The notes: a model not told the origin generated them from the sequence alone. Shown: positions 49,488 to 59,211, counted from the first letter of the stretch. The stretch is 64,000 bases of DNA from Candidatus Dormibacteria bacterium (GCA_050734515.1 JBOHUM010000010.1:675-64674), one strand, 5' to 3'. Numbers and translations: made by a program.

Positions 49488-50117
49488 TCACCAACCGCGC
49501 GAGACCCAACCGCTGAACTGAGGCGCCTCCCGGGCCAGAGCGGTGGGCTCCCCGTGGCCGGGGTAGACGATCGTCTCCGCCGGCAGCGGCAGCAGGTGAT
49601 TGCGAATGCTCTCGACGATGGTGGGAAAGTCGCCCAGCGGGTCCGAGGTGGCCCCAGGGCCACCCGGGAAGAGGGTGTCCCCGGTGAAGACGAAGCCCGG
49701 ATGGTAGAAGCAGATGCTTCCGCGGGTGTGCCCCGGGGTGTGGAGCACCCGCAGCCGCCGGTTGCCAAACTCCACCTCCTGCCCGTGCTCCAGGGTCCGA
49801 CCCGGAGGCGGCGCGGGGAACCGGTCCAGGTCGTCGGGGTGAGCTCCCACCCACACCCCGGGGAAGTGCTGCTGCAGCGCGGCCAGGGCCTGCCAGTGGT
49901 CCTGGTGGCCATGGGTCTCCAGAATCCCGACCAGGCTGACGCCCTCGAGCGCCTCCAGCAGCCGCTCGGGCTCGTTGGCCGCGTCGATCAGGACCGCCTG
50001 GCCGGTCTCGGGACAGGCGACCACGTAGGCGGCGTTGTCCCAGGGGCCCACCCGGCGCACCCGGATCCGCAGCCGGTCGTCCACGTCCCACGCTGGCGTC
50101 GGCTGGGTCTGGGCCAC
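49488..50117 (-). CDS. MBL-fold metallo-hydrolase (glyoxalase II-like)
   Basis: 209-aa ORF with the metal-binding motif HGHQDH, followed by HTPGHTRGS and DTLFPGG. Confidence 0.85.
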   Translation of the reverse strand: MAQTQPTPAWDVDDRLRIRVRRVGPWDNAAYVVACPETGQAVLIDAANEPERLLEALEGVSLVGILETHGHQDHWQALAALQQHFPGVWVGAHPDDLDRFPAPPPGRTLEHGQEVEFGNRRLRVLHTPGHTRGSICFYHPGFVFTGDTLFPGGPGATSDPLGDFPTIVESIRNHLLPLPAETIVYPGHGEPTALAREAPQFSGWVSRGW

Positions 50118-50286
50118 TTGGCGAACTCCTCCTAGGGCGGCGGCGGCAGCGGCAGGTGCCGCCCCTTCGAGATTAACCGACCGCGGAGGGGGTCGGTCCC
50201 GGGGCCGAGTCGGGCTCGGGCCCTAGCACCGGGCCCGGAGTCCATCCGGGGGCACAACTTGTCAAACGGCGTGTGCAGGGAAAGTG

Positions 50287-50327
50287 ACCCCTGGCAATGG
50301 CTCAGGCGACTCTGTCAACCCCTGGCA
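50287..50327 (+). repeat. Two exact copies of ACCCCTGGCA spaced 31 nt apart in a 250-nt intergenic gap
   Basis: Read directly at 50287-50296 and 50318-50327. Function unknown. Confidence 0.7.
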
Positions 50328-50368
50328 GAAGAGTGAGGGTGACCTTGAGCGGGGCTGACGGGCCTAGG

Positions 50369-51682
50369 TCAGCCGATCGCCGGCGGCGGGGTCCCGGCGA
50401 CCGGCCAGGTCACGCCTTGGCGCCGAGCCAGGAGGGGCAGCCGGGGAATCAGGTCGCCCTCGATCACCAGAGGCCAGGTGTAGGCGGCGGCCATCTCCCG
50501 GGCGCGGTGGCGGAGGAGTTGGGCACGGCTGCGATTGGAGGCCACCGCCGCGATCGCCAGTGCCAGCTCGCTGGGGTCGTCGGTCTCCATCACCAGGCTG
50601 TTGTAGAGGTGCCGGGCGTAGTCCTCCCCGGTGGCCCCCACCACCGCCACCCCACCCGCGGCCATGGCCTCCAGGCCGACCAGGCCGAAGGGCTCGAACC
50701 CGGAGTTGGCGAGGACCGCCAGCGAGGCGGCGTAGATCGGCGCCAGGAGTTCCTCGGGGAGAAAGCGGGCCAGCTCCACGATGTCGGCCTCGGGGTCAGC
50801 CTCCAAGGCCAGGCCGACCTCGGCCACGGTGCCGATCGGATCCTCCCAGAGCAACGCCCTCAGCCCCAGTGAGCGGGCCAGCTCCAGCACCTCGGCCCGG
50901 TAGTGCTCCCGACCGCCCCGGATCACCAGACGGGCGGGGCTGCCCCCCGCCCGCAGCTCCGCCAGCGCCCGCACCGCCTGGAACCAGCGCTTGTCGGGGT
51001 GGAACCGTCCGATCTTGAACAGGAAGGGGCGCTCCCCGGCGGCGCGCTCCAGGGTGGCCACCGCGGCCGGGTCGACCGGGGCCAGATGCGCCTCGGGGAT
51101 GCCGTTGGGGATGACGATCGGAGCCGCCCCGAACTGCTCCACCAGCAGCCTCATGTGCCGGCTGATGGTCAACACCTCGGCGGACTCGGTCAGCCCCACC
51201 CAGTCCATGGCCCCGAACCCGAACTGGTTGTTGGCGTTCCAGAGCCGCAGGCAGCGGCCCTCCCAGCCTCGCTGGCGGAGCAGCTCCGCGCAGCGCCGGG
51301 CCCAGGCCGAGGTCTGCCACTCCTCGAAGATCAGGACCGGCATCCGGCCCGCCTCCAGTTGCGGGCGCACCCACTCCTCCACCAGCCGCTGCGGGAAGCG
51401 GGCCCCCAGGTAGCTGAGCTTGAGCCGCTCCCCCTGGTAGACGCCGCCCGGGAACTCCTTGGAGATCTCCTGCCCCAGGCGGTGGACGCGGACCCCCTGC
51501 CAGTCGCCCTCAGCGGGCAGGTCGGGATCGCCGACGAAGTAGAGGTCGGTGGCGTGCCCCAGCGCGGCCAGGCTCCGGCTGAGCTCGGTCACCCGGACCG
51601 CCAGGCCCCCCACCTGGCTGTAGTGGTCGGGGCCCTCCATGGCAACCAGGGCAAAGGCCGGCCTGGCCTCCAGGGCAGTCAC
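50369..51682 (-). CDS. Glycosyltransferase family 4 (GT-B, retaining)
   Basis: 437-aa ORF with the N-terminal motif GGLAVRV and a C-terminal EPFGLVGLEAMAAG motif of the E-x7-E type. Confidence 0.85.
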   Translation of the reverse strand: MTALEARPAFALVAMEGPDHYSQVGGLAVRVTELSRSLAALGHATDLYFVGDPDLPAEGDWQGVRVHRLGQEISKEFPGGVYQGERLKLSYLGARFPQRLVEEWVRPQLEAGRMPVLIFEEWQTSAWARRCAELLRQRGWEGRCLRLWNANNQFGFGAMDWVGLTESAEVLTISRHMRLLVEQFGAAPIVIPNGIPEAHLAPVDPAAVATLERAAGERPFLFKIGRFHPDKRWFQAVRALAELRAGGSPARLVIRGGREHYRAEVLELARSLGLRALLWEDPIGTVAEVGLALEADPEADIVELARFLPEELLAPIYAASLAVLANSGFEPFGLVGLEAMAAGGVAVVGATGEDYARHLYNSLVMETDDPSELALAIAAVASNRSRAQLLRHRAREMAAAYTWPLVIEGDLIPRLPLLARRQGVTWPVAGTPPPAIG

Positions 51683-51727
51683 GTCCGCGATTCTCCGATA
51701 GCCGCCGCCGCCCCCGCGGCGGAGCGG

Positions 51728-52582
51728 CTAGGAGGCCGCCGCCGCCCCCAGCCAGCTGGCGGGCCCCTCCCCCACGATGGCGCCCGCCCCCGGGGCATCG
51801 CCGCCCCAGAGATGACGGTAGCGCGCAGGAGGCAGCAGGGGGAAGTCGCTGCCCAGGCAGAGCCGTCCCGGCCCCAGCAGCTCCTCTAAGGCGGGCAGCA
51901 CCTGCTGGTGGTAGAGGAAGGGCAGGGCGGCGGTGTCGAACCACAGCCGCTGGCAGAGCGTGCGCACCTCGGGCATGTGGGCGAACAGGGGCAGGCCGCC
52001 GCCCAGATGGGCGAGGCAGAGCCGCAGCTGGGGCAGTTGCTCCAGGGCCGGCGCCAGCAGCTCCCAGAGGCGCTCGGGACGGGCGCTGCCCTTGCCCGGG
52101 TAGCGGTGGCCCACTGGCTCGCTGGCGTGGAGCAGCACCGGCCAGCTGATTTCGGCCGCCAGGTTGAGGAGCCTCGCCAGCCCGCCGGCGAAGGCGAGTT
52201 CGAACCCCTGGGCGTCGGAGTTGAGCTCGCCCACCCCGACCAGGCCCAGAGACCGGCTGCGCTCCAGCTCGGCCTCCCAGCCGGGCCGGGCGGGGTTGAC
52301 CACCGCCAGTCCCAGGAGGCGGTCCGGGGCGCGCGCCACCTCGGCGGCCACGTAGTCGTTGACCTGGGCGAGCAGCCCGGGGTCGGCGAAGGGCCAGCCG
52401 AACACCACCGCTCGCTCCAGCCCCGCCAGTTCGAGGGCAGCGAGCACGTCGTCGCCGGCGGCGAAGCGAGTCCGCTCCCCGGCCATGCACGCGGCGAACC
52501 AGGGATCGCGCCAGCTGGGCGCGTCCCGGGGCCGGAGCTCCGGGGGGAGCAGGTGGCAGTGCACGTCGGTCAGTCGAGCCAC
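51728..52582 (-). CDS. Amidohydrolase-family metal-dependent hydrolase (COG2159-like)
   Basis: GTG 52582 overlaps the upstream gene by 13 nt. Motifs seen: DVHCHLLPPE (HxH), VLLHASEP, LAHLGGG, GSDFP. Confidence 0.75.
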   Translation of the reverse strand: MARLTDVHCHLLPPELRPRDAPSWRDPWFAACMAGERTRFAAGDDVLAALELAGLERAVVFGWPFADPGLLAQVNDYVAAEVARAPDRLLGLAVVNPARPGWEAELERSRSLGLVGVGELNSDAQGFELAFAGGLARLLNLAAEISWPVLLHASEPVGHRYPGKGSARPERLWELLAPALEQLPQLRLCLAHLGGGLPLFAHMPEVRTLCQRLWFDTAALPFLYHQQVLPALEELLGPGRLCLGSDFPLLPPARYRHLWGGDAPGAGAIVGEGPASWLGAAAAS

Positions 52583-53676
52583 AATCCCCTCGCGAAGACC
52601 GAGGCCCCGTAGGCCATGGTGGCGCCCCCCGCGACCAGCAGTACCCAGCGCAGCCAGCGCGCCCGCTCGGTGGCACTCAGCACCAGCAGAAGGATGGGGA
52701 AGAAGGCCAGCTCGTAGCGAGGTACGGACCGCCAGAAGACCAGGCTCACCGCTCCCAGCCAGCTGAGCACCATGAAGCTCCAGTAGAGCGGGCGCAGGCG
52801 CCAGATGGCCAGGGCCAGGACGGGGATCCCCAGCAGCCCGGCTACGAGTTCGACCTGGAAGGCGCCGCTCTGGGGCGAGCCGCCCAGCGCCGCGGACCAG
52901 GTGAGCTGGAAGCCGTTCCAGGGCCAGGCCGCCCGCAGGCCGAAGAAGGCCGACTCGGCATGGGTGAAGGCCAACCAGCTTTGCGCCCGCAGGCGGGCGA
53001 AGACAGCAAAGCCGAGGAGCCCGAGAGGCACCAGGGCGATCCCCGCCTGGGCCCATGAGAGCCGCCGCGGGTCCCATCCCCGTTGCTGCAATGCCTCCAG
53101 CAGCAGGGGAACCAGCAGCAGCACCCCGGTGATGCGGGTGGCGGCGGCCAGTCCGCCCAGGGCCCCAGCCCAGGTGAAGCGACCCCGGCGGGCGCAGAGC
53201 AGCGAGGCGGCCGCCAGGGCGAAGAAGAGCGCCTCGCTGTAGGCGGCGGCGAAGAAGAACCCGAAGGGCGAGAGCAGCAGCATCCAGGGCAGCCAGGCGC
53301 CGGCCCTCGCGCCCAGCTCGACCTCGGTCAGGCGGACCAGGCAGAAGGCCAGGGCGGCGGTGCTGAGCAGGCTGATCAGCAGTGCCGCTCCCAGGGCCGG
53401 CACCCCCAGGTGGACCAAGGCCATGATCAGGCCCGGGTAGAGCGGGAAGTAGGCCCACTGCGGCGCCAGGTGGCTCGGGTAGCCCTGCCGCCCTAGGAGC
53501 AGGTACCAGTGGCTGTCCCAGCCCGAGAGGGCCTGGTGCCAGCCCTGGAGGCTGAAGCTGCCGACCAGCCCCAGAGTGGCGGCGATGGCGGCCGCCACCA
53601 GGGCCAGGTGGGCCCCGGTGGGCCAGACCCAGACCCATCGCTCACCGGCCGCCCGCTCTAAGGCCGGGGCCGCCAC
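52570..53676 (-). CDS. PIG-V/GT76-like mannosyltransferase-family membrane protein (GT-C)
   Basis: 368-aa polytopic ORF. WDSHWYLLLGRQGY...AYFPLYPGL and FFAAAYSEALFF match the Mannosyl_trans2 pattern as I recall it. Confidence 0.6.
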   Translation of the reverse strand: MAAPALERAAGERWVWVWPTGAHLALVAAAIAATLGLVGSFSLQGWHQALSGWDSHWYLLLGRQGYPSHLAPQWAYFPLYPGLIMALVHLGVPALGAALLISLLSTAALAFCLVRLTEVELGARAGAWLPWMLLLSPFGFFFAAAYSEALFFALAAASLLCARRGRFTWAGALGGLAAATRITGVLLLVPLLLEALQQRGWDPRRLSWAQAGIALVPLGLLGFAVFARLRAQSWLAFTHAESAFFGLRAAWPWNGFQLTWSAALGGSPQSGAFQVELVAGLLGIPVLALAIWRLRPLYWSFMVLSWLGAVSLVFWRSVPRYELAFFPILLLVLSATERARWLRWVLLVAGGATMAYGASVFARGLWLD

Positions 53677-55883
53677 AGCCGCCGCACGGCGAAGATCACG
53701 TAGTCGGCGGTGCGCACGACCACGGGCAGGTGTTGGGCCTCAAACCAGGACAGGTCGGCGGGGATGTCGTTGTAGTCTCCCGGCTCGAACTCGATGTACC
53801 AGACATCGTAGGCCCGGAGCAGCCGGCCGACAGCGCAGGGCCCAGCGCTCGGGCAGCCGGCGTAGATCCGCTCGACGTCCCCGAACCGCGCCCGCAGGGG
53901 CTGACCGTAGCTCCAGAGCCAGCCGGAGTAGGCCAGGACCACGCTCCTTCCAGCCAGGGTGGTAACCGGGTCGTCGGGCTGGCCCTCGGTGAGGAACACG
54001 GCTCGCGCCGGAGTGTGCCGTCGCACCGCCTGGGCCACCTGCTCGGCCTGGGCGTCGGCCCAGGGCAGCGCGGTGGAGCTTGGCGGCCCCTGGGCCAGTG
54101 AGCTGCCGCCCTCCAGGGCCAGCGCCAGGCTCAGGCTGCCGCTCAGGACCAGGGTGAGCACGACCACCCCGGCCACCAGCCGTCGGCTCGCCCCCCGGGT
54201 CGCGAGCACCGCCAGCAGCCAGGCCACCGGGATCGCGGCCCCCAGGTACCAGTACTCCAGCAGCTTGGTGTTGTCCCAGTTCCATGGTTGGCTGACCACC
54301 AGGTTGGCGGCCAGGAAGAGCGCCCAGAATGGCGCGGCGAAGCGCAGCAGCTGCCGCTCCGCCAGCTCACGCCCCCAGGGCCCATGGACGCGCCGCAGGA
54401 GCGGTCCCGCCAGGGCCAGCAAGCCGAAGGTGCCGGTGTTGGCCAGCCAGAAGCCGGCGGTGCCCGCCCACCAGGAGGGCCTAGCCAGGGTCTGGGCGGC
54501 GAATCCCAGGGTGGTGGTCCAGGAGGCGCCGGGCAGATAGAGGGCGTTGCAGGCGGCTCCGGCCTGGAGCTGGCCCTGGGTGCAGGCCCGGGCGGCGTTG
54601 GCCAGCCAGCCCAGATCCAGCTCCGGGTAGAGGTTGGAGCCCACCGGGTTGGCCAGCTGCCCATGGGGACCGCCGATCACGTAGACCAGCCGGGGCAGAC
54701 CCAAGAGCAGCAGCGGCACCAGGAAGAGACCCAGGTCCCGCCAGCGTCGGGCCCCGCCCAGCCACCACAGCCCCAGGAGGGCCACCACCAGGTAGCCGAA
54801 GGGGTTGAACCAGGGCAGGGCCGCCCCGGCCACCCCCGCGGCCAGCAGCAGGGTGCGGCGCCGGCCGCGATAGGCCTCCCAGAGCATCAGCGCCAGCAGC
54901 GCCACCAGAGCCATGCCATAGACGAAGTCGCGCTGGGGCAGCCAGTACACCAGTAGCGGCTCGTACCACTCCAGGTCGCTGAGGGGCGGGTGGGCCTGGC
55001 TCTGGCCGTCGTAGGAGCGGGGCAGGTGACTGAGCTCGGCGGGGAAATGGAGCAGGTAGGCGCCCACCGCCCCCGGGGTGGCGCTGCTAAGGCTGGTGCA
55101 GGAGGCCGCCCGGAACCCCGCCTGGGTGTGGGCCAGCTGCTGGCAGCCATCGCCATAGAGGCCGATGAATCCGAGACCACCCCCGAACAGGACCAGAGCC
55201 AGGGTCAGCCAGGCCGCCAAGCGCCGCCCGCTGACTCGCAGGGCCAGGTGCCAGATCAGGGTGGCGGCGGCGGCGGCGATCAACCACGAGGGGACGTCCA
55301 GGGCTCCGACCAGGTTCTGGCCCAGTCCCAGCAGCAGGGCCGGCTGGAAGTCGACCAGGAACGGGTAGCGCAGGCCGGTCCCCGCCTCCAGGCTGTCCTG
55401 GGGCGGCAGGTTGTGGCCCAGGTGGAAGGACTGCACGTAGCTGGCGTGTACCGACCAGTCGGCCCAGACGGTGGGATAGCTGGCGTCGATGCCGCCCCCC
55501 GCCTGGACCAGGGCCCGGCTGAAGAGCACCCAGGCACCCGCCCCCAGCAGCGCCAGGACCAGCAGGCCGCTCCGGGCCTGGGGCAGGGCCAGCTGGGCTC
55601 CGACCCACGCCCACCAGCCCCCGGGGCCGGAGCGCAGCAGCCCCCAGCCCCTCCTCCAGCGCACGCCGCCGGCGGCGGCCAGGATCGCCGCCGGGGCCAC
55701 CAAGGCGGTGGCGGCCCCCGGCCCCCACCAGAGGCTCAGGCCGAAGCTGAGCAGGGTTGAGCCCACCAGGGCCGCCACCATCGCCGCTGCCAGCCGCTCC
55801 GCCGGTCGCCAGTCGAGGTCGACCAGCCCCACGAGCGCCAGCCCCGCCCCCGCCACCAGCACCCAGTAAGCGGCCAGTCCCAC
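53658..55883 (-). CDS. Large polytopic membrane protein (741 aa), GT-C-like / DUF2298-like
   Basis: GTG start, about 15 or more TM helices, a loop motif (HLGHNLPPQDSLEAGTGLRYPFLVDF) and a roughly 130-aa soluble C-terminal domain. It overlaps the next gene by 19 nt. Confidence 0.55.
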   Translation of the reverse strand: MGLAAYWVLVAGAGLALVGLVDLDWRPAERLAAAMVAALVGSTLLSFGLSLWWGPGAATALVAPAAILAAAGGVRWRRGWGLLRSGPGGWWAWVGAQLALPQARSGLLVLALLGAGAWVLFSRALVQAGGGIDASYPTVWADWSVHASYVQSFHLGHNLPPQDSLEAGTGLRYPFLVDFQPALLLGLGQNLVGALDVPSWLIAAAAATLIWHLALRVSGRRLAAWLTLALVLFGGGLGFIGLYGDGCQQLAHTQAGFRAASCTSLSSATPGAVGAYLLHFPAELSHLPRSYDGQSQAHPPLSDLEWYEPLLVYWLPQRDFVYGMALVALLALMLWEAYRGRRRTLLLAAGVAGAALPWFNPFGYLVVALLGLWWLGGARRWRDLGLFLVPLLLLGLPRLVYVIGGPHGQLANPVGSNLYPELDLGWLANAARACTQGQLQAGAACNALYLPGASWTTTLGFAAQTLARPSWWAGTAGFWLANTGTFGLLALAGPLLRRVHGPWGRELAERQLLRFAAPFWALFLAANLVVSQPWNWDNTKLLEYWYLGAAIPVAWLLAVLATRGASRRLVAGVVVLTLVLSGSLSLALALEGGSSLAQGPPSSTALPWADAQAEQVAQAVRRHTPARAVFLTEGQPDDPVTTLAGRSVVLAYSGWLWSYGQPLRARFGDVERIYAGCPSAGPCAVGRLLRAYDVWYIEFEPGDYNDIPADLSWFEAQHLPVVVRTADYVIFAVRRLWRPRP

Positions 55884-55901
55884 GCTCAGACCTGACCCGG
55901 C

Positions 55902-57800
55902 TCAGTACCAGCCGGGAAGCCAGATGTGCTGGAAGAAGTCATTGGAGGCGATCGGCTGCCCAGTCCACAGCGGGTAGAAGAAGGCGAATCCGAGGATCAC
56001 CGCCAGGGTGGCGGCACCTGCCAATGGCATCAGGCTGTACGGCCCCAGCCGCACCCGGCCCAGCTGGACCGCAGCCCGCACCGTTGCGAGGCGGGTGCAG
56101 CCGTAGGCCAGGGCCAGGCACGTGAACGGCACTGCCTCCAGGATCTCGTAGAAGAAGAGGATCCGCGACGGCCAGGACCACAGCACCAGCCAGTCGAAGA
56201 GGAAACCCAGCACGATGAAGAGCGCCAGGCGGTCCCGGCGCCGCACCGTCCAGTAGAGGCAGGTCACAAGTGCTACCAGCCCCAGCCAGAAGAGGGCGGG
56301 GTTGCCCAGGTCGGAGATCCAGGCGTAGTTGGACTGGGTCTGGCCCCCGGTGGTGGTGACCCCGTTGCCGCTATAGGTGGCATAGAACAGCACCGGGTGC
56401 ACGTCCAGAGGCCAGCTGTAGTAGGCGGAGGCGAAGGGATGGGTCGCCTTCAGGGTGGACTGGTAGCTCAGCCCCGCCAGGCTGTTCATCTCCACGTCGG
56501 CCAGCGACTGGACCAGGTTGAAACCGGTCGGCAGCCAGATGTTGACCGGGCCCAGATGGTCGTCGGCAATGGGCATCGCCACCGGCAGCCGGCAGACCGA
56601 CGCCGAGGTGGTGAAGCCGGTGCAGGCGGCCGAGCCCCGGGTGGTGGCGGCGAAGTTCACGTAGAGCGTGTGGCTGATGGTGAAGTAGCGGAAGAAGGAG
56701 ACATAGAAGATCACCAGGATCAGCACCAGCGCCCCTAGGTAGTGCCAGGCCCAGCGCATCCCGGTGACGGTGGTGCGCCGGGCCGCCTCGGCGGGGTCGT
56801 CGGGCACCGGAGGCAGGATCCAGCGCGGACGCCCCAGGCCGCGCAGGCGCAGGCGCAGGTGGGGCCGGGCCCAGCGTGCCCCCAGCAGCAGCACCATCAT
56901 CAGCAACGGGGGCACGATGTCCGCCTTGGCCGCCAGCCCCAGCCCGGCGGCGGCCGCGGTCAGGTAGAGGGTCCAGAGCCACTCCCGGCGGCCCTGGGCG
57001 TGCCAGTGGAGCAAAAACAACCAGAAGGCCAGGACGACGAAGAAGAGGGCAAAGATGTCGATCACCCCGGTGCGTGACTCGACCAGCTCCAGGCCGTCCA
57101 GGCTGAGGAAGAGCGCCGCCAGTACCGGGAAGAGGCGGTGCCGCCGCCAGAGCCGCCGGGCGAGCAGGTAGAGCAGGCCCACTACCAGGCTGCCGAAGAT
57201 CGCCGACATGATCCGCCAGCCCCAGGGGTTGAAACCCAGCCAGCTGATCCCGCCGGCGATGATCAGCTTGGTGAGCGGCGGCTCGGGGTCGAAGTAGTCG
57301 ATGCCCTTGAGATCCTTGAGGGCGTCGACCGGGAAGTAGACCTCGTCAAACACGAAACCGCAGCGGCGCACCTCGGAGTTCGCGGGGCCGTTGGGAACCT
57401 GGGTGCAGCCGGCACGGTTGTATGGGTAGCCCAGGCCCCAGGCCCCGACCCCCAACACCTCGTGGGTTGCGGAGCGGTGGACGCCGGCCGGGGCGGGGAC
57501 GGTGCCGCTCAGGGTGCCCCGGCCCTGGAGGAAGTCCGGGAAGACGGGGCTGCCCAGCCGGACCGCCAGGGCGGCGGCCACCAGGATGCCCAGGAGCACG
57601 CAGTCCAAGCCGTCCACGGCGGTGAGGCGGTGGTGGCGGCGCAGCAGCAGCGACAGCCCCCACAGCGCCCCGACCATGATCGCCGCCACCACCGGGTGCA
57701 CCGGCCAGCCGAGGAGCACGCAGAGCCCGGCGAAGAGGGCCGCCACCACCGCCGCCCAGGGCCCCTCCCGCTCCCAGGTGGGGGCCTGGCGGGACTTCAC
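55902..57800 (-). CDS. GT39 (PMT-type) phospholipid-carrier-dependent protein O-mannosyltransferase
   Basis: 632-aa ORF. The first-loop motif FVFDEVYFPVDA is followed by EPPLTKLIIAG, and the C-terminal PMT_4TMC-like part ends in FFQHIWLPGWY. Confidence 0.8.
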   Translation of the reverse strand: MKSRQAPTWEREGPWAAVVAALFAGLCVLLGWPVHPVVAAIMVGALWGLSLLLRRHHRLTAVDGLDCVLLGILVAAALAVRLGSPVFPDFLQGRGTLSGTVPAPAGVHRSATHEVLGVGAWGLGYPYNRAGCTQVPNGPANSEVRRCGFVFDEVYFPVDALKDLKGIDYFDPEPPLTKLIIAGGISWLGFNPWGWRIMSAIFGSLVVGLLYLLARRLWRRHRLFPVLAALFLSLDGLELVESRTGVIDIFALFFVVLAFWLFLLHWHAQGRREWLWTLYLTAAAAGLGLAAKADIVPPLLMMVLLLGARWARPHLRLRLRGLGRPRWILPPVPDDPAEAARRTTVTGMRWAWHYLGALVLILVIFYVSFFRYFTISHTLYVNFAATTRGSAACTGFTTSASVCRLPVAMPIADDHLGPVNIWLPTGFNLVQSLADVEMNSLAGLSYQSTLKATHPFASAYYSWPLDVHPVLFYATYSGNGVTTTGGQTQSNYAWISDLGNPALFWLGLVALVTCLYWTVRRRDRLALFIVLGFLFDWLVLWSWPSRILFFYEILEAVPFTCLALAYGCTRLATVRAAVQLGRVRLGPYSLMPLAGAATLAVILGFAFFYPLWTGQPIASNDFFQHIWLPGWY

Positions 57801-58405
57801 CGGCGGCGGCCGGGCCTGGCCGTGTGCCGTGACTGGCGCCGCCTGATCCGGGGCTCCAGCAGCTTCTCCAGCTCCTGCGCCTGGGCTACTAGCAGGAAGA
57901 GGTCCTGGTCCCAGGCAGTGCCTCGACCCAGCAGCCGCCCCAGCCGCTGCACCTCCCCAGGGTCAAGCTCGAGGCGAAGCCGGCAGGCAGGGGTGTCTCG
58001 GAAGGAGTTGAGCGCGCGCGGCATCTGCGAGCGCCGGCTGGGGGCGTCGAAGACAACGTGCAGGGGCTGCACCCGGACCAGGCGGATGAGCTCGTAGCGG
58101 ACCAGCTCGGAACGGGTCAGGGATCCGATGCGCAGTCCCTCCTCCTCCACGGTCAGGGCGTGCCGGCGGGTCAGGTAGCGGACCGCCACCGCCAGCACCA
58201 GCAGCACCAGCGGCGCCACCGCCACAAAGCCGATCTGGAACTGGTGGCGATCGCCGAGGTAGCTGACCAGGTTGCCGATCAGCAGCACCGCCGCCCCGTA
58301 GAGCAGCATCACCTGGGTCCGGCGGGAGGTGGCGGCGAAGGTCAGCAGGGGATAGCGGGGAGGCAGAGCCGGAGGCGCCACCGCGCTCGCGGCTCGAACG
58401 CTCAA
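57797..58405 (-). CDS. Membrane protein with two TM helices and a bacterial PH-like cytoplasmic domain (tentative)
   Basis: 202-aa ORF with a TTG start that overlaps the mtnP stop. Its own stop overlaps the PMT start. The TM hairpin is followed by HALTVEEEGLRIGS... Confidence 0.45.
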   Translation of the reverse strand: MSVRAASAVAPPALPPRYPLLTFAATSRRTQVMLLYGAAVLLIGNLVSYLGDRHQFQIGFVAVAPLVLLVLAVAVRYLTRRHALTVEEEGLRIGSLTRSELVRYELIRLVRVQPLHVVFDAPSRRSQMPRALNSFRDTPACRLRLELDPGEVQRLGRLLGRGTAWDQDLFLLVAQAQELEKLLEPRIRRRQSRHTARPGRRR

Positions 58406-59211
58406 GGCGCGGCCAGCTCGGGCAGGGGCACCGCCATGGCGCAGTCGCAGCCCGCCCGGGCGGGGAGGTGCTCGACCAGGTCGAAGAGGGTTTTTCGCAG
58501 CCGGTCGATGTTGGCGGCGAAGACCCGCAACACCTCCTCGTGGGTGACCGGCGCCACATCCGCCGAACCCTCCAGGCCGGCATCGTAGTCGGTGACCAGG
58601 GCGATGGCGGCGTAGCAGAGTCCCAGCTCGCGGGCCAGCACCACCTCCGGGTAGCCGGTCATGCCCACCACTCCCCAGCCCTGGCCCGAGAACCAGCGCG
58701 ACTCCGACCGGGTGCTGAAGCGCGGGCCCTGGATGACGACCAGGGTCTGGCCGGAGTGGACGGTGGCGCCCTGGCGGCGGGCGGCCGCGGCCGCCTCCGC
58801 CCCCAGCTCGGTGCAGTAGGGGTCGGCGGCGGTGAGGTGCTGCACCTTGGGCCCGTCCCAGTAGGTGTCCGGCCGGCCCCAGGTCCGGTCCACGAACTGG
58901 TCGGGGATCGCCACCTGGCCCGGAGCGATCTCGCGCTGCAGCGACCCCACCGCGCAGGGCGCCACGATCCGGCGGGCTCCCACCCGGCGCATGGCGTGGA
59001 GGTTGGCCCGGAAGTTGATCCGATGCGGCGGGATCGAGTGCTGGCGACCATGCCGGGGCATGAAGGCGACCGGCCGCCCGGCGATCGCACCCAAAAAGAC
59101 GCTGTCGCTGGGGGGGCCGTAGGGCGTCTCCACCGCCACTTCCCGGGCGCCGTCCAGCAGCTCGTAGAGGCCGGAACCCCCAAACACCCCCACCATCTCG
59201 GGTTCGGCCAT
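58402..59211 (-). CDS. mtnP: S-methyl-5'-thioadenosine phosphorylase
   Basis: ATG 59211 ([16 protein letters not shown]). Motifs seen: FMPRHGRQHSIPPHRINFRAN, GPRFSTRSES and MTGYPE. Confidence 0.9.
   Translation of the reverse strand: MAEPEMVGVFGGSGLYELLDGAREVAVETPYGPPSDSVFLGAIAGRPVAFMPRHGRQHSIPPHRINFRANLHAMRRVGARRIVAPCAVGSLQREIAPGQVAIPDQFVDRTWGRPDTYWDGPKVQHLTAADPYCTELGAEAAAAARRQGATVHSGQTLVVIQGPRFSTRSESRWFSGQGWGVVGMTGYPEVVLARELGLCYAAIALVTDYDAGLEGSADVAPVTHEEVLRVFAANIDRLRKTLFDLVEHLPARAGCDCAMAVPLPELAAP

Noticed and set aside
50287-50327. TGGCA-containing repeats as sigma-54 promoters
   Set aside because: Neither copy has a TTGC element at the required spacing after TGGCA, and no bacterial enhancer-binding protein is nearby.
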